From the NCBI RefSeq assembly GCF_006345805.1, contig NC_043002.1, forward strand, positions 111,476,001 through 111,540,000: a DNA stretch of 64,000 nt, given 5' to 3'. Below the pieces are notes generated by a model. The model worked only from the letters and a program-made list of their open reading frames with translations, did not search any database and was not told the DNA's origin. A program made the position numbers and the translations under genes. Each line of letters opens with the position of its first letter. Position 1 is the first letter of the stretch. Positions 14,558 to 28,399 of this stretch are shown in pieces. The DNA comes from Octopus sinensis (taxonomy: Eukaryota).

Positions 14558-15136
14558 TTCGAGCATTAGGCCTCACCGAGGCAATGACTAGTGACCGAGA
14601 CTTTTGGAAATATGCTGTGCTTGAGAAGACCTGGCAAGCCAAATGAGACCATAACCTTGTGGCCTATGCCAGGGGTGTAACCAGGCCACTTATGCATACC
14701 TTTCCTTCATTGGACACTAAACTCTGCTTGCGATGACCTGTTGAGGCAAGTGAAATCGAAATCAAATTCGATGACTGGCACCGTTCTAGTTGAGTGCTAA
14801 GAGCACCATCCAAGCGTGATCGTTGCCAGAGCAGCTAACTGGCTTCCGTGCTGGTGGCACGTAAAAAGCGCGATCGTTAATAGCGTCGCCTTACTGGCAC
14901 GTGAAAAAATCATTCGAGTGAGGTCGTTGCCAGTGCCACCTGACTGGTCCTCGTGCCAGTGGCACATAAAAAGCACCCACTACACTCTCGGAGTGGTTAG
15001 CGTTAGGAAGGGCATCCAGCTGTAGAAACTCTGCCAGATCAAGATTGAAGTCTGGTGCAGCCATCTGGTTCGCCAGTCCTCAGTCAAATCGTCCAACCCA
15101 TGCTAGCATGGAAAGCGGACGTTAAACAATGATGAT
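14558..15136 (+). mobile_element. 5'-truncated RTE-type LINE: end of ORF plus long 3' UTR (longest family-D copy)
   Basis: Translates RALGLTEAMTSDRDFWKYAVLEKTWQAK* (RTE-like C-terminus), then a UTR ending cggacgttaaac(aat)gatgat. Confidence 0.7.
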
Positions 15137-15145
15137 ATATATATA

Positions 15146-15203
<58 letters not shown>

Positions 15204-15954
15204 ATAGTGGTGTGTAGCAATTAAAGTGAGAGGAAGAACTATATTAATTTGTTGAAATGACCCTTTATTTTCATTGTTACACTGTAAGATGCAACTTCTT
15301 TGAGTTGTACAATGATTATTCACAGTACTTGTCTGTAGGTTGTTATTCATCTGTTGTTGACTACTAGAAGATTGGGGAGAAGGAGTCTACCTCCCTGGGC
15401 TCGCAAGTGGATAGAGTGTAAGTTGTATTGGCACCTTTTTTTTTTTTTTCTCTCTAGTTTCAGCTCAGAGCTGTGGCCATGCTGATGCACCATCATTAAT
15501 GACAATCTATAAATGGATGCTCTTCAGCTGATCACTGAGTAAGCAAAGAGGTAGAATTGGTTTTGGTTTCCATATTGATATTTTCTATAACTAAATTAGG
15601 TTGGGCTAGACAAAAGGTTTCCCCGTCTCTTATCTGCCTGAATCCTATTTAATCTAAGAATGTTAACGATGGAACTTAATTAAGTTTGGCAGTTTACTTT
15701 CATAAATTTCTTAGTGCAAAAGCCAAGAACAATAGGAAAGGAACTTGTATAGGAATGTAGATTCTGTTTCAAATCGGCCTAGAATCTAAGATGTTATATG
15801 TAACATATATGTAATACCATTTTTCCATGCTTGCTTGGGTTGGACTGAATTTGTCAAAGTAGGCAGAGCTTACTATAAGAATGCCATATTAATATGGCGA
15901 TAACAATTAATTTATGTATATATATATATGCATATATGTGTATATATATATATA

Positions 15955-16320
15955 CTAGCTGTATCGCCCGGCGTTGCTCGGGTTGTAAGGGAAATAAATA
16001 TATAAGCATTTTTAGAGAGTTATAGCAAAAAAATGCATTAAAAATTGAAAAAAAATGAAGGCAAATTTTCTTTTAAATCGTTGACACATCGTAGATATTT
16101 TTAGAGAGTTACTTCCCTTATATAATAGCGAAAAAAATATGATGGTAAATTTTTTTTAAATCGTAGACACATCGTAGACGCACGCTAATACCCAGAAGGG
16201 CTCGATATGAATGACGACTAAAAGATACCCGCTTTTGGTTAAACTGCACCGCAAAATGTGGGAGTAGTTAGGAATCTAAATCGTAGGAGACAGACACACA
16301 ACTTCACTCTTATATAAAGA
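15955..16320 (-). mobile_element. Non-autonomous Helitron (family E)
   Basis: TC start, CTAG end, subterminal hairpin cccgagcaacgccggg, A^T target. Confidence 0.85.
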
Positions 16321-17458
16321 TGCTTTTTTTTTTCAGTCATAGAGTTAGATTTATGAAGGTCTTCAGTAGAAAATCCTTCGAATTCTGACTCGCTGCTTGA
16401 TATAATGAAATTCGTATCCATTTTTTGTCAGAATTACAATTTTGAAAACACAATAGGAACAAATTTCGGAAAAAAATCTCCCATAATTCACGGAATTAAA
16501 ATTACACTTCGATTTTTGTACAAAACTGTAGTGAAGTGTTTACGAAGTATAATACGTGTTTTCACGAATGTACTAAAGAGATTTGCTCTGATATTCTCAT
16601 TTAAATATGAATAGCTAAATTCGGGCGGCTTGGTAACTATATATAAGTGTCGTCTGTTTATACATAATCACTGTTTCATACTGCAATTATATATATAATA
16701 TATCTATATATATATTATATAATAAAATATATACAGAGTAAAATAAAAACCAATTTACCTTTTCTGTCCGTCCGTGTGTCTTTGCAAATGTGTTGGAATG
16801 ATAAGTGAGTTGAGTTTTTGCGCCTTTTTACTAATAACAAACACATACGTTTTGTATGTAGTTGTATATGTATGTGTATGCGTGTGTGTGAGGAATGAGA
16901 CACACACACTCACGCACGCACACATATACATCAATGTTTTCGGAGTGATATGTTAAAATATTGAATTTTCTTGAATTTTGTCTTAATTGGCGGTAAAATT
17001 GAAAGAAATTTTTTATGGCATCACCCACTGAAGTACTCTGAAAAATCTTAGGTAAACTCTAATTGAAGAAATTGTGTGAGGATTAAATCGTTATGTATTT
17101 ATTTGTTTCTGTTTGCTGTGTTTCTTTATTTTTTGAGTAGTGGTTTAAATACTTTCAGTTTAGTCTTGCTCAAATCACTCTGTCGCTATTACTTTCATTT
17201 TATCGTTGCCCACTGTGTGTGTGCGTTTGCGTGTGGTGTAAACCAGACTAAGAAAAGCATTTGACACACACACCAGAATGTGAGTTTTCTGTAAATTTTG
17301 CTTAATTGGAGTTTAAATTTTAAAAACTGGACCTGGCATGACGCGATGCATTGTACTCTAAAAAATGCTAGGTAAATTGTAATTGAAGAAATCCTATATT
17401 GTAGATTTGTATAACTCCCAAAGGGAGGCAGATAAAATCTGCCTTTTATAATAAGAGA

Positions 17459-18624
17459 TGTATGCATATATGTGTATATATATATATGTATGCATATATG
17501 TGTATATATATATATGTATGCATATATGTGTATATATATATGTATGCATATGTGTATATATATATATGTATGCATATGTGTATATATATATAAATGTATG
17601 CATATGTGTATATATATATATGTATGCATATATGTGTATATATATAGTATATATGTATGCATATATGTGTATATATATATATGTATATATGTATGCATAT
17701 ATGTGTATATATATATATATGTATGCATATATGTGTATATATATATGTATGCATATATGTGTATATATATATATATGTATGCATATATGTGTATATATAT
17801 ATGTATGCATATATGTGTATATATATATATGTATATATGTATGCATATATGTGTATATATATATATGTATATATGTATGCATATATGTGTATATATGTAT
17901 ATGTATATATGTATGCATATATGTGTATATATGTATATGTATGCATATGTGTATATATGTATATGTATGCATATATGTGTATATATGTATATGTATATAT
18001 GTATGCATATATGTGTATATATGTATATGTATATATGTGTATATATGTATATGTATATATGTGTGTATATGTATATATGTATGCATATATGTGTATATAT
18101 ATGTATGTATATATGTATATATATATACATATGTATATATATATGTATATATGTCTGTGTATATATGTATGTATATATATATGTATATATGTCTGTGTAT
18201 ATATATGTATATATGTCTGTATATGTATGTATGTGTATATATATGTATATATGTGTATATATATGTATATATGTCTGTATATGTATGTATGTGTATATAT
18301 ATGTATGTATGTGTATATATATGTATATATGTGTATATATATATATACATATGTATATAAGTATGTGTATGTATATATATGTATGTATATGTGTATGTAT
18401 GTATATATATGTATATATGAGTATGTATATATGAGTATGTATATATGAGCATGTATATATGAGTATGTATATATGAGCATGTATATATGAGTATGTATAT
18501 ATGAGTATGTATATATGTGTATGTATATATGTGTATGTATATATGTGTATATATATATGTATATATGTATGTATGTATATATGTATGTATATATATATTT
18601 GTATGTATATATATGTATGTATAT
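17459..18624. repeat. (TATG/TA)n-derived micro/minisatellite with a gradually changing unit
   Basis: Direct reading. Confidence 0.95.
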
Positions 18625-19251
18625 CAACTACCTGTAGTTTTTCTCCCTGGAAAGCTCACAAGATATTGTGGGGTTTAAAATTTGAAGGTTTCCATCTCCT
18701 AAATAGAACTTTTTAAACTAGGACTAAGTGTCCATCATTCCCAAGTGGTTTTAAAGTGCATTGTTATACTGTCTCAAGTACTTCTGTGCTACTGGGCTTT
18801 GTCACTAAAAAGACACTAGCTAAATAGACTCTCTACATTGGGTGCCTTTATTTTTTGACAGTCTTGTATTTCCTTTAAGACTGTAGGGTATGATTTGAAG
18901 GAAATTTGTTTGTTATTTCTTGTGACTCTGTAGTGCAGTGGTTGTTATTTTTATTAGTACTGGAGCAAATTACAAATTCACATTTAACTGTGTTGGTGCT
19001 ATTGTGCTTAGAAAAAGAATGAATATTTAATTTTTGAAGTTTATATTGTGTTGATGTTTTGGTCAAAGGTTGAAACCATTTTCCCTTCATATCTGTCTTT
19101 TAGAGAGTTTTTCATAGGACACTTTCAAATGTGAATGGAGGCAAATTTTCACTTGTGGGCAAGGGGCTTTCCTATTCTAGGTTTGGAAGCTTTCTGGAGG
19201 CCTTTTGGATGATAAAAAGTTTAGTGTGTGATTTTCTACAGAAACATGAAC

Positions 19252-19654
19252 AGGTGCAGGAGTGGCTGTGTGGTAAGTAGCTTGCTAACCAACCACATGG
19301 TTCCGGGTTCAGTCCCACTGCGTGGCACCTTGGGCTAGTGTCTTCTGCTATAGCCTCGGGCCAACCAAAGCCTTGTGAGTGGATTTGGTAGACGGAAACT
19401 GAAAGAAGCCCGTCGTATATATGTGTGTGTGTTTGTGTGTCTGTGTGTCTGTGTTTGTCCCCCTAGCATTGCTTGACAACTGATGCTGGTGTGTTTATGT
19501 CCCCGTTACTTAGCGGTTCGGCAAAAGAGACCGATAGAATAAGTACTTGGCTTACAAAAGAATAAGTCCCGGGGTCGAGTTGCTCGACTAAAGGCGGTGC
19601 TCCAGCATGGCCGCAGTCAAATGACTGAAACAAGCAAAAGAGAAAATAAAAGAG
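19252..19654 (+). mobile_element. SINE-A (tRNA head, CORE-like ccttgggcaagtg motif, internal microsatellite)
   Basis: Head ggagtggctgtgtggtaag...ggttcagtccc; tail gactgaaacaagtaaaaga. Confidence 0.9.
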
Positions 19655-20136
19655 TGCAATGAATGAAAGGCAATAGAAGTAGAAAGAAAGGTACAAGCTA
19701 TTGCTTGAGAGGTGAGTGGGGAGAGACAGGGCCATCAGCTTTTATCATTGCTATGAACAATTAAACAGCAGCATATAATGAATGTGGTAGTACTGGTAGA
19801 GGAGACATGTTACAAAACCGAGCTATTTGTAAGAGTTCACAGGGAAGTCAGTTAATAATAGTGTTTGTAATTTTTCATTGCCATTGTGAAATAGTGTTGA
19901 GACTCTTTTTGAAAAAAATGTTACGCCTTAAAAAAATTGTATTTGTCCTTTTCATTTTTTGGGGTAGGTCATTTGATAAAAAATTATAACCAGTAATGTG
20001 TTGCTGTTGATTCACTTTGGCTATATTAATGCTGCCAACATTGAAACTATGTGTGAGTATTGTGACTTACCCAAAGAAACCATTATGTTGAAAGAACATA
20101 CCTAATCACATAATAGAATACTGAAGTAAATATATT

Positions 20137-20290
20137 AGGAGCGGCTGTGTGGTAAGTAGCTTGCTAACCAACCACATGGTTCCGGGTTCAGTCCCACTGC
20201 GTGGCACCTTGGGCAAGTGTCTTCTGCTATAGCCCCGGGCCGACCAATGCCTTGTGAGTGGATTTGGTAGATGGAAACTGAAAGAAGCCT

Positions 20291-20345
<55 letters not shown>

Positions 20346-20546
20346 TTGTCCCCCTAGCATTGCTTGACAACCGATGCTGGTGTGTTTACGTCCCTGTCAC
20401 TTAGCAGTTCGGCAAAAGAGACCGATAGAATAAGTACTGGGCTTACAAAAGAATAAGTCCCGGGGTCGATTTGCTCGACTAAAAGGCGGTGCTCCAGCAT
20501 GGCCACAGTCAAATGACTGAAACATGTAAAAGAGTAAAAGAGAGAG
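20137..20546 (+). mobile_element. SINE-A
   Basis: Same consensus as 19252-19654. Confidence 0.9.
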
Positions 20547-21710
20547 TATACATGTAGCTTATTACATCACAAATAGAGTATCAAAATAGCATTAGATAAA
20601 ATGCTTTTAATTATTTATATTCCGGGTTCAACTTTGTGTTTCCTCCCTCTGAGCTGAATATAATTCTCAGAGACGAAAAACAGCCAGTGCCCTCACATTT
20701 TGTGCTAGTGTTAGTAATTATTATTAGTAGTAATAATAGTAATAAAGTGGTGAGTTGCTGGATGAAATACTGCCGGCAGTATTTCATCTCCCTTCATGTT
20801 CTGATTTCAAATTCTGCCGACTTTGCCTTTCATCCTTTCAGGGTTGATAAATTAAGTACTAGTGGAACACTGGGGTCAGTGTAATCGACTAGTGCCTTAC
20901 TCCCAAATTTCAGGCTTTTTGCCTTTAGTAGAAAGGATTATTAGTAATAGTAATAGTATTTTCATGTGGCTGAAGACTGGGTTTTTGATTTTATAGATGT
21001 CAGATTCTTGTTTATACAGTCTCTTGATTTCCAGTGGGCCTATTAAATACTGAAAACATAATTTTGTATCTCTGTTAATGACTGTTATTTCTAATCATTA
21101 TTATAATTAGTCCTGCTATGTTATTTGATGGTGTCTTTTACTTTGTTGGTGTCAGATTGCTACTAATAATGTTTATTGATTTTCTACGGGTTTTCTTTTA
21201 TTTGGCTGATTATCTGACCACTTGCAGATCATTTAATGAGTTTGGGTGTATTCCTCTAAATATTTCATCTCATCTCATCTCATCTAGTTTCAGCTCACGA
21301 GCTGTGGCCATGCTGGGGCACCGCCATTTATCAGTAGATAACTGAAAATTAGCCAAATTGCTTGTTGATATCCTGTCACTATTGGTAATTTGATGGTTGC
21401 TGTGTATGTGACTAAGTTTACATAGATATAAATAGTTAATACAGGGTGCCAAGTTAGCATTTTGCAATTGGTAAGGCTTTCATTAGCTTAATACAAAGCT
21501 GAACACAAATTTTGCTAAAAAAATACAGCATACGACAAGGAAACACCAGCTTCCTCTCCGAATTTATTTCTCACCTTAATTACTACAGAAACTACAGTTG
21601 TACTCATTCTCTAAATTCAGTCCAGTTATCCATATTGTATTTTTAAAAGTTATTTTCAATAATTTTTTCTTATGGTTGTTTTTATAGAGGATCTCAGGTA
21701 AATTCTAATT

Positions 21711-21975
21711 CAACAAGCTGGCTTCCGTGCCTGTGGCACGTTAAAAGCTCCGACCGATCGTGGCCGATGCCGGACCCCCCTGGCACCTGTGCAGGTGGCA
21801 CGTAAAAAGCATCCACTACACTCGCGGAGTGGTTGGCGTTAGGAAGGGCATCCAGCTGTAGAAACTCTGCCAGATCAGACTGGAGCCTGGTGCAGCCTCC
21901 TGGCTTCCCAGACCCCGGTCGAACCGTCCAACCCGTGCTAGCGCGGAAAATGGACGTTAAACGATGATGATGATG
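21711..21975 (+). mobile_element. Family D (RTE 3' UTR fragment)
   Basis: gcgttaggaagggcatccagctgtag...gttaaac(gat)n. Confidence 0.8.
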
Positions 21976-22499
21976 TTCTAGTTGTAACCATCCCATCATT
22001 TTGGATTCATCTAAAATTACCGTTACCAATTGTGTCCTTTAGTTGTTCAAACATTAAGGTGTGATTTAAGTAGACTTGGTTACTATATCTAGTAGGCACC
22101 TGACTTTATAGAGGAACACTGAGTTTGCTCTGTCTCAGAGCAGTTAGGTAGCTGTTGTACTTTGTAAATGAATAAAAACCTCCCAGATGTCATATTTTGA
22201 CTAAAGTCTGGGCTGTGGATGTTTGATTTCCCTTGGCTGTCACAGCCTTCAGCACTTGGCTGAAAGTTCAGTTTCCTTTTAGTATCCATTATGCTACTGG
22301 GTCTGTACTGCTTTTCGTTGAATCCCAGTGAGCCAAGTTTGTCTCAAGTTTGATCTCTGGTTATGGCACCCCACTTACACATGTAATTTTCCCAGAGAAC
22401 TAGTTGTGGCACAGCTTACATTCTCCACTTCTGGATACACAAGCAAAAGACAGAAAAGAAGTGAACTGTCTGCCCAGTGGACTGTGGCCAACTTATTGA

Positions 22500-23260
22500 A
22501 GCATAGCAGGTGAGCTGAATGATGCTAGGCATATTGATTGCCTTGCAAGCAGACTGAAGGAATGTGTTGCAACAGTTGGACTAACAACCTATCACATGAA
22601 CTGACTATCAGACTAGTATTTGGACTGATTACTTGGTGGTTGCACTGACAGTTAGGCAATCAGATTGACCATCAGGCAGGTTGGTTGACTGACTGCCTGT
22701 CCAGCAGGTCAACTGATTGTTTATTTGCTTTGCTGATGTACAAAGTGATTAATTATTTATCTCGCCGGAGAATTGACTGACTGTAGCAGAAAGACTGATT
22801 GCTTGTCTAATTGTGGACTAACTGATTATTTCTAACAGATGGACAGCCCTGTGTTACATGGACTGAATAATAACTGTATCTGGGAAGTACAGAAATCCAC
22901 TTGATTGGCAGATGGATTGTTTGGTATGTAGACTAAACGTCTTTCTAGGTGAACTGATTGTAGGTAAGTTGACTGACAGTCTGTGCATCAAATGAACTGT
23001 CTGACTAGTAGATGGACTAACTCACTGTTGACAGACTATTGTCTATTGGGTTAATAGACTGACTGACTATTGAGTGGACTAAATGATTGAGCGATTGTCT
23101 GTTTGTCAGCTAAGCGAACTGACTGAATGTCTGCCTAGCTTGTGGAGCGACAGTTTGTCTTGGAGCTATCTAAAAGATGAACTGAATGAGCTGCATAACT
23201 GTTAGATTGACTGATTTTCTGTATAGCTGATAAAATGACAACTGTGTTGAGTAGATGGAC
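22500..23260. repeat. Degenerate (GACT)n-like low-complexity region
   Basis: Recurrent gactgact/gattg words. Confidence 0.6.
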
Positions 23261-23268
23261 AGACTTAA

Positions 23269-23489
23269 CCCTTTTGTTACTGTATTTATTTTCAGATGCT
23301 CTGTTTTTCTTCCAATTATTGTAAATATAACAAAGAATTTAGTAAAATAATATCGTTATCATTGAGCTAGTGTTAAGAACATAAATTGTGACAAAGATTT
23401 GGTGGAAGATTTGAATTCAAAGCTTATGAAAACAAGACATTTGTACTAAAGAGCCAGAGCCGGTTTCAGCCGGGTTGGTAATGAAAGGG
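23269..23489. mobile_element. piggyBac-type MITE (family P1)
   Basis: TTAA TSD at 23265-23268 and 23490-23493; termini CCCTTT.GTTAC / GTAA.GAAAGGG. Confidence 0.85.
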
Positions 23490-23704
23490 TTAAGTAATTG
23501 GCTGTCTGGCAGATACACAACCTATTTATCTGATTGAGTGATTGGTATTGTCTAGAAGATTGTGTATTACTATATACTTTCAAGATGTCTACATCTGCCA
23601 ATATACATATGATTTGGGTTAAAATTTTTTACATCTATTCTGTATTGCAGTATAAAATATGAGATAACTCTATGAGTGTACCAGTAATATATTTGTGTGT
23701 ATAT

Positions 23705-23874
23705 AGGCGCAGGAGTGGCCCTGTGGTAAGTAGCTTGCTTACCAACCACATGGTTCCGGGTTCAGTCCCACTGCGTGGCACCTTGGGCAAGTGTCTTCTA
23801 CTATAGCCTCGGGCCGACCAAAGCCTTGTGAGTGGATTTGGTAGATGGAAACTGAAAGAAACCCATCGTATATA

Positions 23875-23927
<53 letters not shown>

Positions 23928-24143
23928 GTGTGCGTGTATGTCTGTGTGTCTGTGTTTGTCCTCCCAGCATTGCTTGACAACCGATGCTGGTGTGTTTATG
24001 TCCCCGTTACTTAGCGGCCCGGCAAAAGAGACCGGTAGAATAGGTACTGGGCTTACAAAGAATAAGTCCCGGGGTCGAGTTGCTCGACTAAAGGCAGTGC
24101 TCCAGCATGGCCGCAGTCAAATGACTGAAACAAGTAAAAGAGT
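23705..24143 (+). mobile_element. SINE-A
   Basis: Consensus match. Confidence 0.9.
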
Positions 24144-24439
24144 ATATGTGTGTGTGGGTACATATGCATGCATGTGTGCACATGTATACATGTGTGAGTG
24201 CATATGTGCATGCATACATGTGTATTTGTACATATAAATGCATGTATATGTGTATGTATATCTAGCTTTCTGTATTCATGTATGTGTTTATATGTTTGCA
24301 TTATGTGTAAAGTGTCTGGTTCTGAGGTGAAATATGTTATTGACTTAGGACCCGTCTATTTGTTTCCGTTTATAGATTGAAATACAATAGCATAATACAT
24401 GCACCGGAAGTATCTACACTCTGTATCTTTCTGTAACTG

Positions 24440-24840
24440 TCATGTTGAACATTGGCAAACCTCTTACATTCTGTTTTTTTCCTTTCCTTTGTAAATCTGA
24501 TGCTTAGCTTCTTCCCTAGCTACCCGATAGAATAATCTTCTGTTCCCAATTACCAAGTCTTTCTAAGCCTGTCTTTTTACTTTTATAGCTATGTCAACCT
24601 CACTGTTCCACCACATACAGTCTGCGCCAACCATAGATTTGATCTGAGTAGGATGACCCATAGCATCTTCCAGGGGTTCTCATGTTATAGGTGTCTGTCT
24701 TCCTTTTCATCAAATGCCTGATGTAGAATCACTTTAAATTTCTGTTTGCCGGATCTTTAAGCTTCCATATCTTCCTTTTCTAGACTGGTTTGTGTCTCTG
24801 AGTCCTAGTGTGAACTCACTAGCCATGAACCTGTGTTAGG
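24440..24840 (-). pseudogene. Decayed RTE LINE ORF fragment (endonuclease-RT linker)
   Basis: Minus-strand translation includes WWNSEVDIAIKVKRQA and IWKLKDP, with stops and frameshifts. Confidence 0.6.
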
Positions 24841-25460
24841 TTGTACATTCTTTACCAGGGAAAGATTTGACATTCACATGATGTGCCCATTACTAGGCAC
24901 ATCATATTGTCTCTAGATGAAGGCACCTTTATAAGTGTATTTCATTATTACAGTAAAGCCCTTATAAACAGATTTTCTTGGAAGATACAATATGTCAGAA
25001 TTTCATGCCTTAAAGCACTGGAGCAGAAAATGCAGAATATTGATACAATTTTATCTTCAGTTTAAGTGGAAAACAAACAGAGCAAAAGAGTTTCTTAATT
25101 TATTTCCAGCATTTCTCCAAGAGCCACTATAGGAACCATATCTTCAACAGAAATGTTGTAATGGCGGTGCCCCAGCATGGCCTCAGCTCATGAGCTGAAA
25201 CTAGATGAAATGAAAATGAAATGAAATGAAAGTTAATTATTCTGTATGTAAAATCTTTGCAAGTCCCATCAGAAGTTACAATAATACTCAATAGCTTATT
25301 AACATAACCACCTCAAATTCAGATCTTGTACCTACTTGTAACTGTATCACTTCTGATAATTGTCTATTTAATCATAGCTGTTTAATGAAATCTGTATAAT
25401 ACAGCACTAGACTACACTTGAATGACAAATAAAATCTTACATTGCACTGACCAAACTTAA

Positions 25461-25680
25461 CCCTTTAGTGTTTAAACCGGCCATATCCAGCTAAAATATT
25501 CTACCTATTTTATGTTCAAACTTGTCAGATATAGTCATTCGTAGCTACCTTTTTGTGTCATTTAAAAAATAAACAATCACATCATTGAAATCTCAAAGCT
25601 ATGAAATGATGCAAGATTAATTTTACATGGTGTGAATACATAAGCTTTACATTTTACAGAATAATTTGAATGCTAAAGGG
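25461..25680. mobile_element. piggyBac-type MITE (family P2)
   Basis: TTAA TSD; TIR CCCTTTAG/CTAAAGGG. Confidence 0.85.
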
Positions 25681-26451
25681 TTAAAGATTCAGATTTATCA
25701 GCATAGATATTCCTTTAGTAACCCTCATAGACTTCCTCTAACTGTTTTGTTCAAGTATATTTTACTTTTCATAGTGACGGTCCAACACATGTATAATAAT
25801 GTTGCTAAGTCTATTCTGGATATGCACAACTGTATTGCCTTTCACTTATGCCTAACTAGACAGATGCTTATCTTGTACCAGGATTCTTACAGCTTGAATT
25901 TAAAATTGGAACTTTAACATCATGCAAGCATTTTCCTAAATATCTATTAGCTTATGATATACCACTTCTATGTACAATACTGGCTTTGATATGACTTGAC
26001 AAGACAGTATTTCTGTGAGATGTTGCATTTGTTTTTCTTATCGTTTTTTTCTTTACATTTTTTTAAAAACATTGTATCAACGAAGAGTAAAAATATGTTC
26101 AGGTATTTATATAGGTATTTCTTTCTCTCCTAAATTACCTCACCGTAGAGCATAAATTTTATTTCCAATTTTGTTTAATGATGGTTCTCCACCCCCCTTC
26201 ACACTGATTTTCTTTTATCTTATTGTCTTTTACTACAAATAAACAATTGTGTTTGTATATCCCTGTAAAAACATAACTGCATATATATTATGTGTACCTG
26301 CATGAGTGTGTGTGTGTGTGTATATATATATTTTAATTCCAAGAAAGTATGTATATTCTTGTAATTGTCATTTTAGTAAATAAATAAATTGACATAATGT
26401 CTAAAAGTTGATGGACCACTTATTGATCCCTTTCATTTTCTTATTGCTCTG

Positions 26452-26510
<59 letters not shown>

Positions 26511-26512
<2 letters not shown>

Positions 26513-26778
26513 CCACGCCTGGCCCCCGTGCCGGTGGCACATAAAAAGCACCATCCGATCGTGGCCGTTTGCCAGACTCGTCTGGTACCTGTGCCGGTGG
26601 CACGTAAAAAGCACCCACTACACTCACGGAGTGGTTGGCGTTAGGAAGGGCATCCAGCCGTAGAAACATTGCCAGATCAAACTGAGCCTGGTGCAGCCTT
26701 CTGGCTTCCCAGACCCCAGTTGAACTGTCCAACCCATGCCAGCATGGAAAGCGGACGCTAAACGATGATGATGATGAT
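26511..26778 (+). mobile_element. Family D (RTE 3' UTR fragment)
   Basis: Consensus match, (GAT)n tail. Confidence 0.8.
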
Positions 26779-26821
26779 ATATATATATAATATATATATA
26801 TATATAATATATATATATATA

Positions 26822-26852
<31 letters not shown>

Positions 26853-27344
26853 ATTTCCTCATTTAACACCCCTCCTCTATACTGGCCTGCGTTGGATGGT
26901 TTGACAGGATTCAAGTTGCGGGGCTGCATTGTTCTCCCATGCAAATGCTTTGGCTTACTGTTGATGATTGGATACCCTTACTAACACCAATCACTTCACA
27001 GGATGTACTGAGTGCTTTTTCTTGTGGTACCTGTACAGGTACGATCACCTTGCAACTTGCCTAAAGTGGCCCTTATAACTAAAGGAGATTGATGAGAGGG
27101 TGAAGCATGAAGAGCGGAACCGATTTATAGTTGTGAGTGTGATAGTGGAGAGAGCACTATAGGGGCAGGGAGTGTAGAAGGGATAAAGGAAAAGGAAGGG
27201 ATTAGTATTGAGGTTAGTGAGAAAGGGAGTTAAAGAATGGTGAAGGTGGTAAAGCAGTTGTGTAGAAGGGGTTCAGACCATTAAGAGTCTATTTCTAATA
27301 TGTTTATACTACTCATTGTTCCACTGCATTTACTATACCTATGT

Positions 27345-27728
27345 GGAGGCGCAATGGCCCAGTGGTTAGGGCAGTGGAGACGCGGTCATAGGATCGCGGT
27401 TTTGATTCCCAGAACGGGCGTTGTGAGTGTTTATTGAGCGAAAACACCTAAAAGCTTCACGAGGCTCCGGCAGGGGATGGTGGTGATCCCTGCTGTACTC
27501 TTTCACCACAACTTTCTCTCACTCTTACTTCCTGTTTCTGTTGTACCTGTATTTCAAAGGGCCGGCCTTGTCACTCTCTGTGTCACGCTGAATATCCCCG
27601 AGAACTACGTTAAGGGTACACGTGTCTGTGGAGTGCTCAGCCACTTACACGTTAATTTCACGAGCAGGCTGTTCCGTTGATTCGGATCAACCGGAACACC
27701 CGTCGTCGTAACCGATGGAGTGCTTCCA
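27345..27728 (+). mobile_element. SINE-C, full length
   Basis: Consensus match; TSD tttactatacct. Confidence 0.9.
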
Positions 27729-27963
27729 TTTACTATACCTGTGATTCCACTATATCTCTTGTGTATTGATAGCTTATTGGGTACAGCGTATGGAGTTTAT
27801 ACCTACTCCTTTTCTGCATATCAAGCAAGGCCATTTCCCCAATGATAACTGGAGCCCGTCTTCTTTCCTTGTCTATTAACACCTTAGTCTTAGTTCACTT
27901 TGAGAATGCTTGGATTGTAGGTTTAGATTCCTTGCCTGAAATTTCTTCTAATTTCATTATAAA

Positions 27964-28360
27964 CTAGCAGTATTGCCCGGCATTGCTCGGGTTTGTAAGG
28001 GAAATAACTATATAAGCATTTTTAGAGATGTAAAGTATAATAGCCATCTCAATATGGCTAACCACAAAGGGGGGGGTGTTACTGTAGCTTTTTACGTTCT
28101 GAGATTTAATAATAAATTTTTAGAGAGTTACTTCCCTTATATATGCCAAAAATGCATTAAAAATTGGAAAAATTGATGGTAAATTTTTTTTTAAATCGTA
28201 GACTCATCGTAGACGCGTGCTAATACCCAGAAGGGCTCGATATCAATCATGACTATAATATACCCGGTTTTGGTTAAACTGCACCGCAAAATGTGGGAGT
28301 AGTTAGGAATCTAAATCGTAGGAGACAGACAACACACAACCTCTCTTTTATATATAAAGA
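27964..28360 (-). mobile_element. Helitron family E
   Basis: TC...CTAG, hairpin, A^T target. Confidence 0.85.
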
Positions 28361-28399
28361 TTAGCCATGTGAATTAGATCATTGACATATAAGAGTTCT

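Noticed and set aside
17195-18716. Overlapping 263-393 aa ORFs rich in Y/I/H/M/C
   Set aside because: Products of the TATG/TA array; no coding signal
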